Origin: Tetramitus jugosus
Taxonomy: Eukaryota > Protista > Heterolobosea
Length of the DNA stretch: 64,000 bases
Reading direction: 5' to 3'
NCBI GenBank assembly: GCA_937625935.1
Contig: OW569344.1
Location: 1 to 64,000, forward strand
Part shown: piece after piece, positions 10,527-22,543 of the stretch
Position numbering within the stretch: position 1 is the stretch's first letter
Layout: each line of letters starts with the position of its first letter
Program-made: the position numbers and the translations under genes
Notes under the pieces: model-generated
What the model saw: only the letters and a program-made list of their open reading frames with translations
Told to the model about the DNA's origin: nothing
Database searches by the model: none

Positions 10527-11504
10527 TAGTATTTATTAATAAAACGATGTTTCGCTCTACTGTAATTGATGTATCTGCTTATCGGTGTGATTGTATTTCA
10601 ATCGTTGTTTCTTCTTTCCATAACATCTCTTTCCAATTGATGATGTTCCACTTCGTTCATTGTTCCGTTTAACTCTTTTCCAGACATCTGATACTTCCAG
10701 ACAACTGATATCATTGAACGTTTTTTCCAGATTTTTTCCAATCCTTCATCAGCAGACATAAGGTAGATCAGAACTACCAGGCAAAACACATTCCATTCTT
10801 TTTATTGCATAGGCCAACATTTTCTCGATTCGGTTGTGATGCACTTTGAATCCTAGCAATGTCTAGTAGAAATAAAATATGGGTAGGACGTGGTCCAAGA
10901 CAGAACTCAGAAAATCTTTGACAATAATCAACTCTTCTGAGAGCTATATTTCGACTAATGCCGGACAGTATGAGAACAAGAGGACAACCGAGGAAAGCAG
11001 AGAAGAGAAAATTGCTGAAGTCGTGAAAGAACAAGAAGACTGAATGTTGGTTGAGTGTTTAACTATTGCAAAACATTGTCCGAACCAAGTTAAATCACCC
11101 TGAATAATGCAACTCCTCGGTAGAGTTTCCTGTCTGAGAAAAGTATCAGCAAGTAATTGAGCAAATATTTTACCCATGGCGCTTCAAAAATAATGAGGTC
11201 TATGAAGACCTTCGAAAAAGGTGTTGATGATGAGTATTATTTCCGCTCGATCGACTTCAAAGGACAAGAATCATTTTGGAACTTCGATTATTGATTTTGA
11301 GATTGCTAACCTTGATGATATTAAGTCTCAACTCGACGAAGAAATCGAGGAGAGAAGCAAAAAGAGAAGCAAAGGAGACCAAGCATAAGATGTGCAATCA
11401 GAGTGTTAAAAAATGAGAAAAATCAAGGAATATGTACAATGAATTAAAGAAGAATTAAGCCACCCAACTTATTTATTCACAGAGAAGTAATTCGTGACTT
11501 AAGT

Positions 11505-12479
11505 CTAATTGCAAATAGTAACAAATGTATAGTTTCCTGAACATGTGTTACAAACATTAGAAGCAGAACAGAATGCACAGTTCTTATCGTCACAAGGTAC
11601 TGTTGCCTTTCCATTTGAATTATTACCCCAGCATACAAGTCCTTTGTCACTCTTTACACCACATGTATGATATCCACCAGTTGAAACTTGAACAAAGTTA
11701 GAATTGGGAATTGGGACAGTTCCTTGGTTGTATGGATTTTCACCCCAACATTGAATACTCTGATCCACCTTCAATGCACAAGTATAATATGTACGACTTG
11801 GAGATACTTGTGTAAAATTGGTGTTTGGAGTTGGAATGGTTTGATAGAAAGCACCCCAACATACGATACTCTTGTCAGATTTGATACCACATACATCCAT
11901 CTGACCAGCTGAAATCGAAACAAAACCTGAATTTGGACTTGGTACTTCTGTTTGATGATAACTATTGAGTCCCCAGCAAACGACACTTGAATCCATCTTG
12001 AGTCCACAAGTGTGATAAGCACCAGTAGTCACTCTAATAAAATTGCTGTTTGGATATGGTACAGTAATCTGATTGTTGGATGAAGCGCCCCAGCAGACAA
12101 TGGTCTTATCAATCTTCAAGCCACAAGTATGGTAACCTCCAGCAGCAATTTGGGTGAAACCAGAGTTTGGGCTTGGAACTACAGTTTCTCCATACCATGA
12201 AGATCCCCAACAAGAAACGCTTGAGTCCTGTCTTAACGCACACATGTAACTTCCACCAGCACTCGCTCCTCCACCAGAAACAATTTGAGTAAAGTTGGCA
12301 TTACCTCCTGGAATAGAAGTAGGTGAAGTGTACATCAAGTCTCCCCAACAAGCAATAGTCTTATCCTCCTTGATAGCACAAGTAGAATCAGGACCAGCAG
12401 CAACTTGGAGATATCCGATAGCGACAGTGAATGAGCAGTAATAAAATACTGCCATCAATACTAACATTAAAACTTTCAT
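11505..12479 (-). CDS. Secreted RCC1/BLIP-II repeat beta-propeller protein with Cys-rich tail
   Basis: Signal peptide MKVLMLVLMAVFYYC; ~7 repeats of F.Q(I/V)..G.YHTCGLK.D.S(I/V)VCWG.N..Q..VP.PN; CxxC-rich C-terminus. Confidence 0.9.
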   Translation of the reverse strand: MKVLMLVLMAVFYYCSFTVAIGYLQVAAGPDSTCAIKEDKTIACWGDLMYTSPTSIPGGNANFTQIVSGGGASAGGSYMCALRQDSSVSCWGSSWYGETVVPSPNSGFTQIAAGGYHTCGLKIDKTIVCWGASSNNQITVPYPNSNFIRVTTGAYHTCGLKMDSSVVCWGLNSYHQTEVPSPNSGFVSISAGQMDVCGIKSDKSIVCWGAFYQTIPTPNTNFTQVSPSRTYYTCALKVDQSIQCWGENPYNQGTVPIPNSNFVQVSTGGYHTCGVKSDKGLVCWGNNSNGKATVPCDDKNCAFCSASNVCNTCSGNYTFVTICN

Positions 12480-12616
12480 TTTGTTCTTGTTATTTGTTTG
12501 TTGTGTACTTTCTGGATGGAATAGTATTCCTCTATTTATATGATGAATAGCTTCGATAGAATTGGGGAACTTCGAACCTTTTGTCGACTTTCAAATTATT
12601 GTTGGATTGGCAAGTC

Positions 12617-12692
12617 TGAGTATTCCTCGAAAAATAAGCTTGAAAACCGAGTCTAACCTTCATGCTCACGTCAAAGAGACGAGGAATACTCA
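12617..12692. repeat. Perfect 13-bp inverted repeat with 50-bp spacer
   Basis: tgagtattcctcg (12617-12629) and cgaggaatactca (12680-12692). Confidence 0.8.
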
Positions 12693-12944
12693 AAACCAGT
12701 TCTTACACCAGCCAACAATTAGAAATGATGGACATTCGGACCAAGTATCACATTGTAGAATAAATTAGTTATGAAGAAAATCAAAAATCGAAAGAATTCG
12801 AAGAGCTTGTTGATCTTCCAATTAAGGTGTCGGACAATCAGAATTGGATGCTTTTTTTGGCGCCACAAATTCCCTCCAAGAAAAAAGAAAACAAAAATTG
12901 ATCCCATTTGCAAAATCAAACTATCCACTAATCTCAACAACAAC

Positions 12945-14645
12945 ATGTCGTTTCTATTCTGTTGCATAGATGGCACCACAGATGTCGAGGAGACCACTGA
13001 GGCCAAGAGCCTTCTCAGAGCACCTAACCATCCCTCCAATTCATCCCACTTGAGCAAACCAAATGAAGAAGAAGAGGAAGAAGAACAGGATTTGATCAAC
13101 AAGATTGAAGATGAACGATTGACCAACCAATTAGAGAAGGAAAGAATGGAAGCTGAACAGTTGAAGAAGACTCGTGAAGAACAAGAATTTGTTGACAAGC
13201 AGAGAAAACAACAAGAACAGATGGAACAAGAGAAGATACGATTGGAGGAACAAGAAAGGCAACGTATAGAAAAGGAAAGAGAACAAGCAGAAAAAGAAGA
13301 ACAAGAAAGACTACAGAGAGAACGTGTTGAAAAAGAGCGCATCGAGAGAGAAAGGTCTGAAAAAGTGGCTGCTGACAAGTTGGAAGCTGAACGCATTCAG
13401 AGAGAACAAGAACAGAGAGCTTACCTTGCCAAACTAGAAGCAGAAAGAATTGAACATGAGAGAGAGTTACAACAAACTCGTGAAGCTGAACGATTCCAAA
13501 TGGAGAAGGCTACAAGAGAGGTCGCAGAGATAATGGAAAAGGAGCGTCTCGAACAAGAGAGAAAGGAACAAGAAAGATTAGAAAAAGAGCGTGTCGAGAG
13601 AGAAAAGGCCGAAAAAGAGGAGCAAGACAGAATTGAAAAGGAACGTATTCAAAAAGAAGAGCAAGAGCGAGTTGAAAAGGAGCAACGTATCGAAAGAGAG
13701 AGAATTCAAAAGGAGCAAGCAGAAAAGGAAGAACAAGAACGTATCCAAAAGGAAAAAGAGAAAGAAGAACAAGAAAGACTAGAGAGGGAACAAGCAGAAA
13801 AAGAAGAACAAGAAAGACTACAGAGAGAACGTGCTGAAAAAGAGCGCATCGAGAGGGAAAAGGCCGAAAAGGAAGAACAAGAGAGAATTGAAAAGGAACG
13901 AATTGAACAAGAACGACTAGATCAAGAACGTATTGAACAAGAAAGGAGTGAAAGAGAGCGTATTGAACGTGAACAACAAGAGAAGGAGCTCGCTGAGCAG
14001 AAGAGAATCGAGGAGGAAAGAATAGAACGCGAGAGAAAGGAGCAAGAAGAACAAGAGAAAAACAAGGAAGACACGATCCCAAATGATACTCAATCACAAG
14101 AAGAAGCTGAAGAACAAGAGGAAGAGAATGAGGATAACTCGCCTGAGCCAAGTGAACCAGATAGTCAAGAAAGCAGCGCTGAGGACAACGAACAAAAGCT
14201 GGTCGAACTCCAACAACAATTTGGTCTTGATGCTAAATTTGCTACCGGTAGACATTTGCTGAAAACATTAGAATCGGATAACAGACCACTTGTTCTTGAT
14301 TCACAAAAGACAGATCTCGGTTTGAGCAGTGTTTATGTTTTGTCTGATATGATTCTGTATGCGCCTTCAGATAACAAGGCTACCATGCTTCATTTAAAGA
14401 AGGGAAAGGAGATCACAAAAGGAACCAAGGTGACGGACGTCAAGGTTTCAGCCACGGAAGATGAAGAGAAACATGCAGGCAAATTCCTTTTAACTGTCGA
14501 AACAACATGCACCACGACAACAAAGAAAGGAAAGGGCAAGAAAGCCAAAACAACCACTACAAATACCGTTGAGTCAATAACTATTGTGTGCGATGTGCAA
14601 CAAGAAAGGGATAACCTTGTGACTATTATCTCCGAACAAATATAA
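12945..14645 (+). CDS. E/R/K/Q-rich coiled-coil (single-alpha-helix-like) repeat protein
   Basis: ATG in caacaacATG context; N-terminal FCC (possible palmitoylation); long EKEEQER repeats; globular C-terminus. Confidence 0.8.
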   Translation: MSFLFCCIDGTTDVEETTEAKSLLRAPNHPSNSSHLSKPNEEEEEEEQDLINKIEDERLTNQLEKERMEAEQLKKTREEQEFVDKQRKQQEQMEQEKIRLEEQERQRIEKEREQAEKEEQERLQRERVEKERIERERSEKVAADKLEAERIQREQEQRAYLAKLEAERIEHERELQQTREAERFQMEKATREVAEIMEKERLEQERKEQERLEKERVEREKAEKEEQDRIEKERIQKEEQERVEKEQRIERERIQKEQAEKEEQERIQKEKEKEEQERLEREQAEKEEQERLQRERAEKERIEREKAEKEEQERIEKERIEQERLDQERIEQERSERERIEREQQEKELAEQKRIEEERIERERKEQEEQEKNKEDTIPNDTQSQEEAEEQEEENEDNSPEPSEPDSQESSAEDNEQKLVELQQQFGLDAKFATGRHLLKTLESDNRPLVLDSQKTDLGLSSVYVLSDMILYAPSDNKATMLHLKKGKEITKGTKVTDVKVSATEDEEKHAGKFLLTVETTCTTTTKKGKGKKAKTTTTNTVESITIVCDVQQERDNLVTIISEQI

Positions 14646-14679
14646 TAAATTATGACATTTATGACGAAGATTTTTGAAT

Positions 14680-17255
14680 TTATTGCAATCTTCTTGCTTT
14701 TGTGACCGATGAAAAACCAGAATCAAACTCACTCGCCATACCTCCACCAATCATAGATCGTTCACGCTTGTTGAAAGGATTCCTGAGCATAGCATTTTGA
14801 TGTTTTCTCTGTCGTCCCTTACCCATGTCATCAGTCGATTCAACAGTCATCTTTGGTTGTTCAGCTTGTTGCTTTTTCTTGTTGTTCTTGAACATGCCCT
14901 CTGGAATCACAATAGATGGACGATCTCTGCCCAACTTTCCTTTGCTGAAATCTTTGTATCGTTGAAGTCTCTCAGCGGTCGATAGCTTCTTCTTCTTGAT
15001 TGGCGGTGGAGCCACAGAGACAGGTTGCGCGGACGATAAAGAAAACTTTGTCTTGGATACGATTGGTTCAGGTTCATCATCATCTGACACCATCAAATCA
15101 GCAGGTAATGAGATGGCAACAGGTGTCTTCTTAGGAGCAACTTCTCCAGTTTTAATCACCTCAAATGTATCTTCAATTTGTACCGTTGAATCCTCGCGAG
15201 GAATGTTGCTGCTCTTTCTTGGCTTACGTGTACGAATATCATACAATTGTGCTTGTTGTTCCTCCATGGCGTTTTCTCTGTCTTCTTGATTACGATCTCT
15301 CTTCTCGTACTCCTTCTCTCTCTGTTGTTTCTTGACGGAAACTGATGTAGCACCGAGAGAGGTTTGTTTTGATCTGAGCTTGCTTGGTTTGTCCTTCAGG
15401 CCAAAGCTAGAGGCAACATGTCCCAAGTGTAAATTGTTCACATGGAAGATAATTTTAACGTCCTTTGTATGAGTTGAATAGTAACGGATGAAACTTTGAT
15501 ATGCCGCGATACCCTTCTTGTACAAGAATTCCTTTTCTGTTGTCACATTGGCAAACAGATTTTGTAGATAAGCACCAGCTTCAATCTCATTATTGACCTC
15601 TCTCTTGCCAATTGTTCTCATAATGCTCTGGAATATAATCTTTCCAGTGATTTCCTTCATCTTAATATTGTACTTTTCGAGCAACTTGAGATATAATAGT
15701 TCATGAGGCATCAAGAACATGACTGCGCTTCCTTTTACACCTAAACGAGCAGTTCTACCAATACGATGCAAATATTCCTTTGGACTTCCCGGGGCATCAA
15801 ACTGAACAATCCAATCAACAGCTGGAAGGTCCAATCCTCTTGCAGCAACATCTGTGCACAGCAAGATACCAGTCTCAGTCTTACAGAAGTCAAAGTAAAC
15901 ATTTGTACGGTCTTTCTGCGTCATGTCACCATGCAACTTGAACAAAGGTGCATCAAAGAATAACTTTTGAACTACCTTGAGCTTACCCAGCTTGTTCACA
16001 GCTTCTTGTCCATCGACGTCCTCTCCAGAATCAGTTGTCAGTCGCTTCAGCAACACATTTGTATATAACGAGTAATGATACTCAACAGAGTCACACAACA
16101 TGACATGAACACAACAATTTTAGACTTCTTTCCGTTTTGTGTCTTTGCCTGAAGGAAGCTGGATAGAAGAGCCAAACGAATCTTGCATGGAGCCAACACA
16201 TAGTACTGAGAGAGACCAGATGGAATAGTGAACACATCAGATGGTAACTTTGTCTCCTCCAAATTAATTAGACTGCTATCGACTTCTTCTTCCTCTCGTA
16301 TGTAAACTGCATTGATCAATCCAATACCAGTGGCCAATTTTTGAATCTTGGCATGTAATGTGGCAGAAATGAGCACCTTTTGAGGAGGTTGCTTCGTATT
16401 GCTGTTCACCATGTTAAAAATGGTGTGAATTGTTCTTTCAAAACCCAAATCTAGTAAACGATCAGCTTCATCCAGAATCACATGTCTCAATTCATCATAC
16501 TTGAAAGAAGAAGTAGTCTTCAAATGATCTTCCAATCTTCCTGGAGTAGCAATCAGAATTGTAACACCCTTTCTGAGTCTCTCCTTCTCAGCCTTCTTTT
16601 TCTCTCCTCCCATGACACTTCCACTGACAATCCAAGGGAAAGAAATAGACACTTGTTTCACCACTTTCTCAATCTGAATGCACAACTCACGAGTAGGGGC
16701 CAAAATAAGAGCAAATGTACCATCTGATCTCTGAATCTTTCTCTCAAGAGACAAGTCAAACAGCAATTGAATCAATGGAATCACATAGGACAATGTTTTT
16801 CCACTGCCAGTCTCTGACTTGACCAATATGTTGTTCTTTGACAAAAAGGGAAGAAGGGATTTCGATTGAATATTGGTCAATTTGTCAATCTTCATAAACT
16901 CAATCAAATTTTTGATAATGGTAGGGTTGATGTGCGCTTCCAACGATTCCACTTTTCTCTCGGAGAAAACTCCTCCACCAATGCTGGCCTCAAATTTCTC
17001 ATCGGCAGAGGACGCGAACAGAGCAGACTCTTTTTGCTTTAGTTCAAGCTTAAATTTTGTGGAGATGGCACTGGAGCTGAGCGGTATCTTTGGTGTGAAG
17101 GACCGTTTTATGGTTGACGCTGATGCGTTTGACGATGATGATGATGCGAGTGGTTTTTTGTTGTCCAAGGCATTGCTCTTGTCAGAGGAACCTGATGATG
17201 CCAAGTGAAGGCTGATACTTTCATCGCCACCAGATGACTTTTTCAAGGTTGACAT
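14680..17255 (-). CDS. DBP7: DEAD-box RNA helicase DBP7/DDX31, split by a 2-nt frameshift at ~16092-16096
   Basis: SETGSGKT, APTREL, GGEKKKAEKERLRKG, TPGRL, DEAD, SAT, LHGDM.Q..R, TDVAARGLD, HRIGRTAR and the C-terminal LHLGHVA.SFGL extension. Confidence 0.92.
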
Positions 17256-17408
17256 ATTTGGTTGTTGTGGATGTGAGTTGTTATTGGTTTGTTGTTGATT
17301 TTTTTGTGTGAAAATTTTGAAGTTCAACAAAATGATTGAACGAGAGAAAAACTTTGACTTCATGCATGTTTTCAATGGGTACAGGCGTGGATGTCATGGA
17401 TCAAAGAG

Positions 17409-18413
17409 TCATTCATCACGCTCGATTCTTGTGTTGTTTGCTGGATTTCCATACTCGGCCCAACTTCCATCATACAAGTTCAATCTGTCAAACTTGACAC
17501 CGATCAAATTGAGAGCGTACAGCAACACGCACGCAGTGATACCGCTTCCACAAGTGCTCACAATGGGTCTCTCAACAGCACCAGTGTCATCAACCTTGAG
17601 GCCTGCTTCCGTAAATATCTGTCTCAATTCTGTTTCACTCTTAAATATTCCCTTCTCATTCAATAGCTTATTGTAGGGAATGTTGAGTGAGTTGGGCATG
17701 TGTCCAGAGATCAGACTCTGTCTTGGCTCTGGATCTTTGCCTGAGAATCTACCAGCAGGTCTCGCATCAATAATCGTATAGGATTTGTCTGAGATTATTT
17801 GTTGCATTTGATTCAGGTCCTTGACTAATTCTGCATGGAAGTTGGCAGTGTACTTGGATGGTTTTTGAGAAGCATCTGATTGTTGTTGACTGCCAACAAT
17901 AGAGAAATCGTGATCGAGCTGATTGTTGTTGTTACTACTGTTGGGTGACAAGTTACCTGGAGACGCCTGAGTGCCCTCTGTAGGATATCCACGTCTCTTC
18001 CACTTTGGTAATCCACCGTCCATGATACTCACTTGATCATGACCAAACAATTTGAATGTGTACCACACTCGACATGCACTAAAAATACCATGCTGATCAT
18101 AAACAACGACATGGTCATCGTTAGATACACCCATATCGGTCACGCATTGCTCAAAGTGTTGCTCAGAGGGAAGCATGTGAGGCAGTTGAGCTTCACTGTG
18201 CGATGAAACCTTGTCAATGTCGAAAAAGGAAGCAGTTGGCACATGTTCTTTCGTAAAGGATTCAAAGGCATTCTGAGGAGAATTGGGCATGAACCATGTA
18301 CCGTCCAACACCCGAACACCAGCTCCATTGTTTGATGTTCTGGGCAAGTTGCGATACACATAGTGACAAGACACGAGAATGTTTCGCTTCATTTCCAAGG
18401 CAGTTCTCATCAT
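17409..18413 (-). CDS. MPST: 3-mercaptopyruvate sulfurtransferase / rhodanese (tandem domains)
   Basis: DGTWFMP, PHMLPS, DGGLPKW, DARPAGRF, active-site CGSGITA and LYDGSWAEY; start inferred at MMRTALEMK. Confidence 0.93.
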   Translation of the reverse strand: MMRTALEMKRNILVSCHYVYRNLPRTSNNGAGVRVLDGTWFMPNSPQNAFESFTKEHVPTASFFDIDKVSSHSEAQLPHMLPSEQHFEQCVTDMGVSNDDHVVVYDQHGIFSACRVWYTFKLFGHDQVSIMDGGLPKWKRRGYPTEGTQASPGNLSPNSSNNNNQLDHDFSIVGSQQQSDASQKPSKYTANFHAELVKDLNQMQQIISDKSYTIIDARPAGRFSGKDPEPRQSLISGHMPNSLNIPYNKLLNEKGIFKSETELRQIFTEAGLKVDDTGAVERPIVSTCGSGITACVLLYALNLIGVKFDRLNLYDGSWAEYGNPANNTRIERDE

Positions 18414-18689
18414 GATGGTGTTTTTTGATTTGTTATTGGTTGGAAAACGAGAGAGACACACGTCAACAAAAAGTGTAGCTACCGAAATCAACACCAAAGC
18501 GAGTTGTTTTCAAAGGCAAAGGAAAAGCTTTTTTTTGTGATATGGTGGGAAAGATTCCCCGCAGCTCCATCACCAATCAAACTTTGTTTTTTTTTCGATA
18601 TTCTCTTCTTTGGAGGACATTCGAATCACACCAACAACACATCTCCCAACACCACCATTTCTTTTTCACATTATTCATAGACAACATCA

Positions 18690-21600
18690 ATGGAGTTAGA
18701 GAACGCCTCAATTGCTGCCGAGTTGTCCTCATCAGTACCCACCAATCAAATCAATGCTCTTCTCGTGCTATTACGATTGTACAGTGCAGGCAAAGACATT
18801 CAAAACTATGTTTCAACTGTTGTTCAATCCGTGTTGGTCAAATCAAACGATCCTCTCGTCAGAAAGTTATGTTATCAGTTGATAAAGGGATGCACAATTA
18901 GCAACAAGTACGATTGGGATTTTATTGTCAAGGAAATTGTGAGAGATATATCCAATCAGACAAACAGTGACCTGTGTGTATGGGCACTGAGAAGTATTGT
19001 TAGCTTGTGTGGTACTGCTGGTCACAAATTTCAAGATTTCTTCTTGAAGAGTCAAAGACAAATTGAAGTATGTTTTCGTGATGCTTCTGCTGCTGTTTTT
19101 TGGATCAAAAACTGTTTTTCTTAATTGCTTGATTGCTAATTCACAATTTTTATTGTTGTTTTTATGGTTGATGTGAATGTTGATGTTTTCACAATACGAA
19201 ATGAATAATGATAGGAGTGCATTTTTCGAACAAGCAGTGAGTCAGTGAGAATTACGGCTCTTGGTCTGATCAAGGTGTTTGCCAAGTCTATTCGAAAATC
19301 CAATCTCATTCACAAGAATGGTGTGAGTCTCTCTACGAGTACAAGCAACAACAATAATAATAACCGTAATGGTACCTCCAGCAATGTCTTATCGGGCGTT
19401 GACCTGTGTGGTCAATGGATCTTGAAATCGATTGAGGATCCCAATCAAGAAGTTGCCTACACTGCATTTACAGTATTACGAGAGTTGATTTGTGGAGATG
19501 CTAGTCCATGTCATTTTCATCAAGAAGAGCTACCAATTACTGTCAGTGTCGAAAGTATGAAATGGATCAAATTTATGAGCCATCACTATAGTTTTTTATT
19601 GAGTCGTGTCAAGTGTATGGACGCAAGGAGAAGACATCCTGCTCTCAGACCATTGACATACATCTCATTGTTGGTTAGACAAGAAATGATGAGTAATACG
19701 CAATTATCTTCCGACAATGCATTGCAATATGGTATGTTGGAGTCTTTGTATCATAATCCATCAATCGTATTCTAAATCATGTTTTTTTTGTAACAACAAT
19801 ACAGAATCGATAAGCATTGAGCAATTGATCAAACCTATGCTTCAGAGTGTTGAGTGCTCAACAGTTCTTGAGGCTGCTCATTGCATGCTCTTAACTCTGG
19901 TTGATAGCAACAGCTCAACGGATTTGATGGCTTGTACGAATAATTTTATTGATGATGCTATTTATGCTTATTTATCGCTTTTGAACAGAAATGAGTCCTC
20001 ATACAGTCATGAAGATATCATGAAGGATATTTGTTGCTTATTGAACCGAGTTAGAGACAAGTACAGTGTATGCGCTGCTTTAATTGATCACATATCGAAG
20101 GTGAGCACTCACGAGAATCGAATGTACATTTTGACCAATACGTACCGAACTCTGTTGAAGTGTAGTATTAGTACCAAGATGAAGCAAAATTTTGCTCAAC
20201 AGAATCATCACTTTAAGCAACAGAACGGTAATGATGTGACCAACGCATCCGAGCTTGAACTCTTCAACAAGGAACGTATCGTGGTTCATATGATGCAATA
20301 TCCTGCCAATATTTTTGAGAGAGTGCTAAGAAGTGAAATGATATTCTGCTCATGCCGCGAGTATCTCATGTTAAAACCGAAGAGTGATGATATTCACTTG
20401 GCTTGGTTGAATATTGGTATTGAGTTGTGTGATTCAGCAAAGGAATGTTTGCTTTGGAATGAATGTCCAGGAATCAATAGCACGATTTCTGAATTTGGAA
20501 AAGTCCTAACAAGATTATGTGTAGAGACACATAGTCCAGATATGATTAATAGTGATGAACGAAAGAAAGTAACAAAGATATTGAATCAAATATTGGATCA
20601 AGTTCTTGCGATGAAAACCGAGTTTGCCGAGTTAATCAGCATGTGTATACTTAGTAACTATATTGATTCACGTCGTGTATCAGGCAAGGAGAGTGCGGAT
20701 GTTGTGTTTGATCATACAAAGTTTATGCTCAACTCAACTCTAAAATCATCAGCAATTGTAGAAAAACAAAAGATTGATACTTTGCTCTATTGTTTATTGT
20801 GGTTGTGTTTCCGATTCAGTATAAAGTTGAGAGATACTCGTGATTATTTGAATCATGTGACAGCCAACAGAACCAAAATGGATGTGGTTCAGGAGAGTTT
20901 AATATCAGCGTTAAACAAGGTTCAATATTCGCTGGAATACAGCGGATCAGTTAACAGTAATCCTAACGAAATATCCACGTTATTCGGTCGTGCATTCCAT
21001 GATGATCACCCCATTTTTAAATCATACTATACTCCCGAGGATGACAAAATGTTGAACAATTACATTCGAGGAATTCAGTTACTGAATGATATCAACTCTA
21101 ATTTGCATCAGGAAGATCCTTATAACCTGAAATCTGTGCTTCTCACAACTAATGTTACACAGCAAGCCATTGAGCTTGAAACAGACCCTCGATATAGAAG
21201 AGTGAAACAGTACTCAACAATCGTGTCTCAACCTGCCGATCCATTATCTGTTACTGCTACCTATGTGTTAATGCCAAATCAGTATTCATTGGTCCTACAC
21301 GTAACCATACACAACAACACGTCCACAAATATTTATCAAGTCAGCGCAGAGGTAGGAGTAGAAGGAAGCTTAAGGCTATTCGAGCAGTGTGCTCAGAGTA
21401 CTCATCCGATTGGAGACTTACCTGGAAACACAAAAACCGAATTTGAGAGAGAATTCTTGATTGACCAATTCAGCAAATGTCGTTTCTTCATTTCAATCAA
21501 CTGCTCGCATATTAAGAAAGCAATTGGTGAGGATATGTTGAATACTGAAGAGCGGAAGGATGCTGGCCTTGTTACGATTCGGTGTATTCCATTCGTGATT

Positions 21601-22386
21601 AACTTGTCACATTTGCTATATCCACCCAAGTTGCTGGGTCATTCCGACTTTTTAACTGTTTGGGAGGCATTTGAGTGTTCCTTCCATAAGAGAATGCAAT
21701 TCCCACACAACATTCTCGCTAAATTAACATTGGAGGACACAACAGACAAGAACGATAGTGACATGTTACAAGGAGGTCCTGCAATAGTGAAGCAGATTAT
21801 TCAGTCTTGTAAGGATAGCAAGACTAGCAGCAATATTATCAGTTGCTTCTATGAGGTACATCAGCCACAGGAGTTAATTGTGATGCGTCAGGATCCATAC
21901 TTGGGCATTCCTACAATGTTTCAACAGTGCTTCTTCTCTCGTACAATTTTTGGAGATTATATACTAATTGTTGTATCGGGCGTACTGCATCACAATCAGC
22001 AGCTGTATGTGTGCGATTGGGAGTTTAGAACAAATTCTAGTGCAGTTCAACATGTGTTAAAACAAGATTTCTCGGATTGGTTTGGTGACATGGTGGCAAC
22101 TGCTAGCAGAACTATGAGAAGTAATGAGATTCAAGTATTGAGTGAACTACCCTCAGCCCAAAAGACTCGATTCGATATTTTCAGTGATAGTAGTACGGAA
22201 GATAAGTTCTCTGTCAAGCAAGAGTTTGGTCTCAACGAAGCACAAAGTACAGTACTATTTCTGCAGAAATGGGACAGCATTCGTGAGCGATTGGTCATTG
22301 ATGAGAGTGAAGCCACTGAAAATATTTCCACTGCGCGTCAATTGAACTTTGGATCCAACGAAGAGGAGGACAATGAATGGGAATAA
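18690..22386 (+). CDS. TPLATE: TPLATE-like large subunit of the TSET/TPLATE adaptor complex (3 exons)
   Basis: N-terminus (IAAELSS...ALL.LL...SAGKDI...RKLCYQLIK) and appendage (DPL.V.A.Y...L.LHV.I.N.T....V..EVG.EGSL) resemble plant TPLATE; in-frame introns 19068-19214 and 19732-19804. Confidence 0.78.
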
Positions 22387-22543
22387 ATTATTTATTTGCA
22401 ACTTCACACTGTAACTCAGACAACGTCAGTGTTGTATTGACATCCAGAACTTCGAAGCTTCTCTCTTCAAGGTGGAAGGAAGATTTAATTTTAGCTAGAA
22501 AATTCCTCCAACACAAAAACTCGGTTCGAAAAACAACAGCAAA

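Noticed and set aside
10570-11400. Short ORFs between the transposon and the RCC1 gene
   Set aside because: Fragmentary, stop-ridden and unrecognisable; probably decayed subtelomeric sequence.
16081-16094. 14-nt GT-AG micro-intron to rescue the DBP7 frameshift
   Set aside because: Far shorter than the other introns here (>=53 nt) and would delete the conserved DSVE residues.
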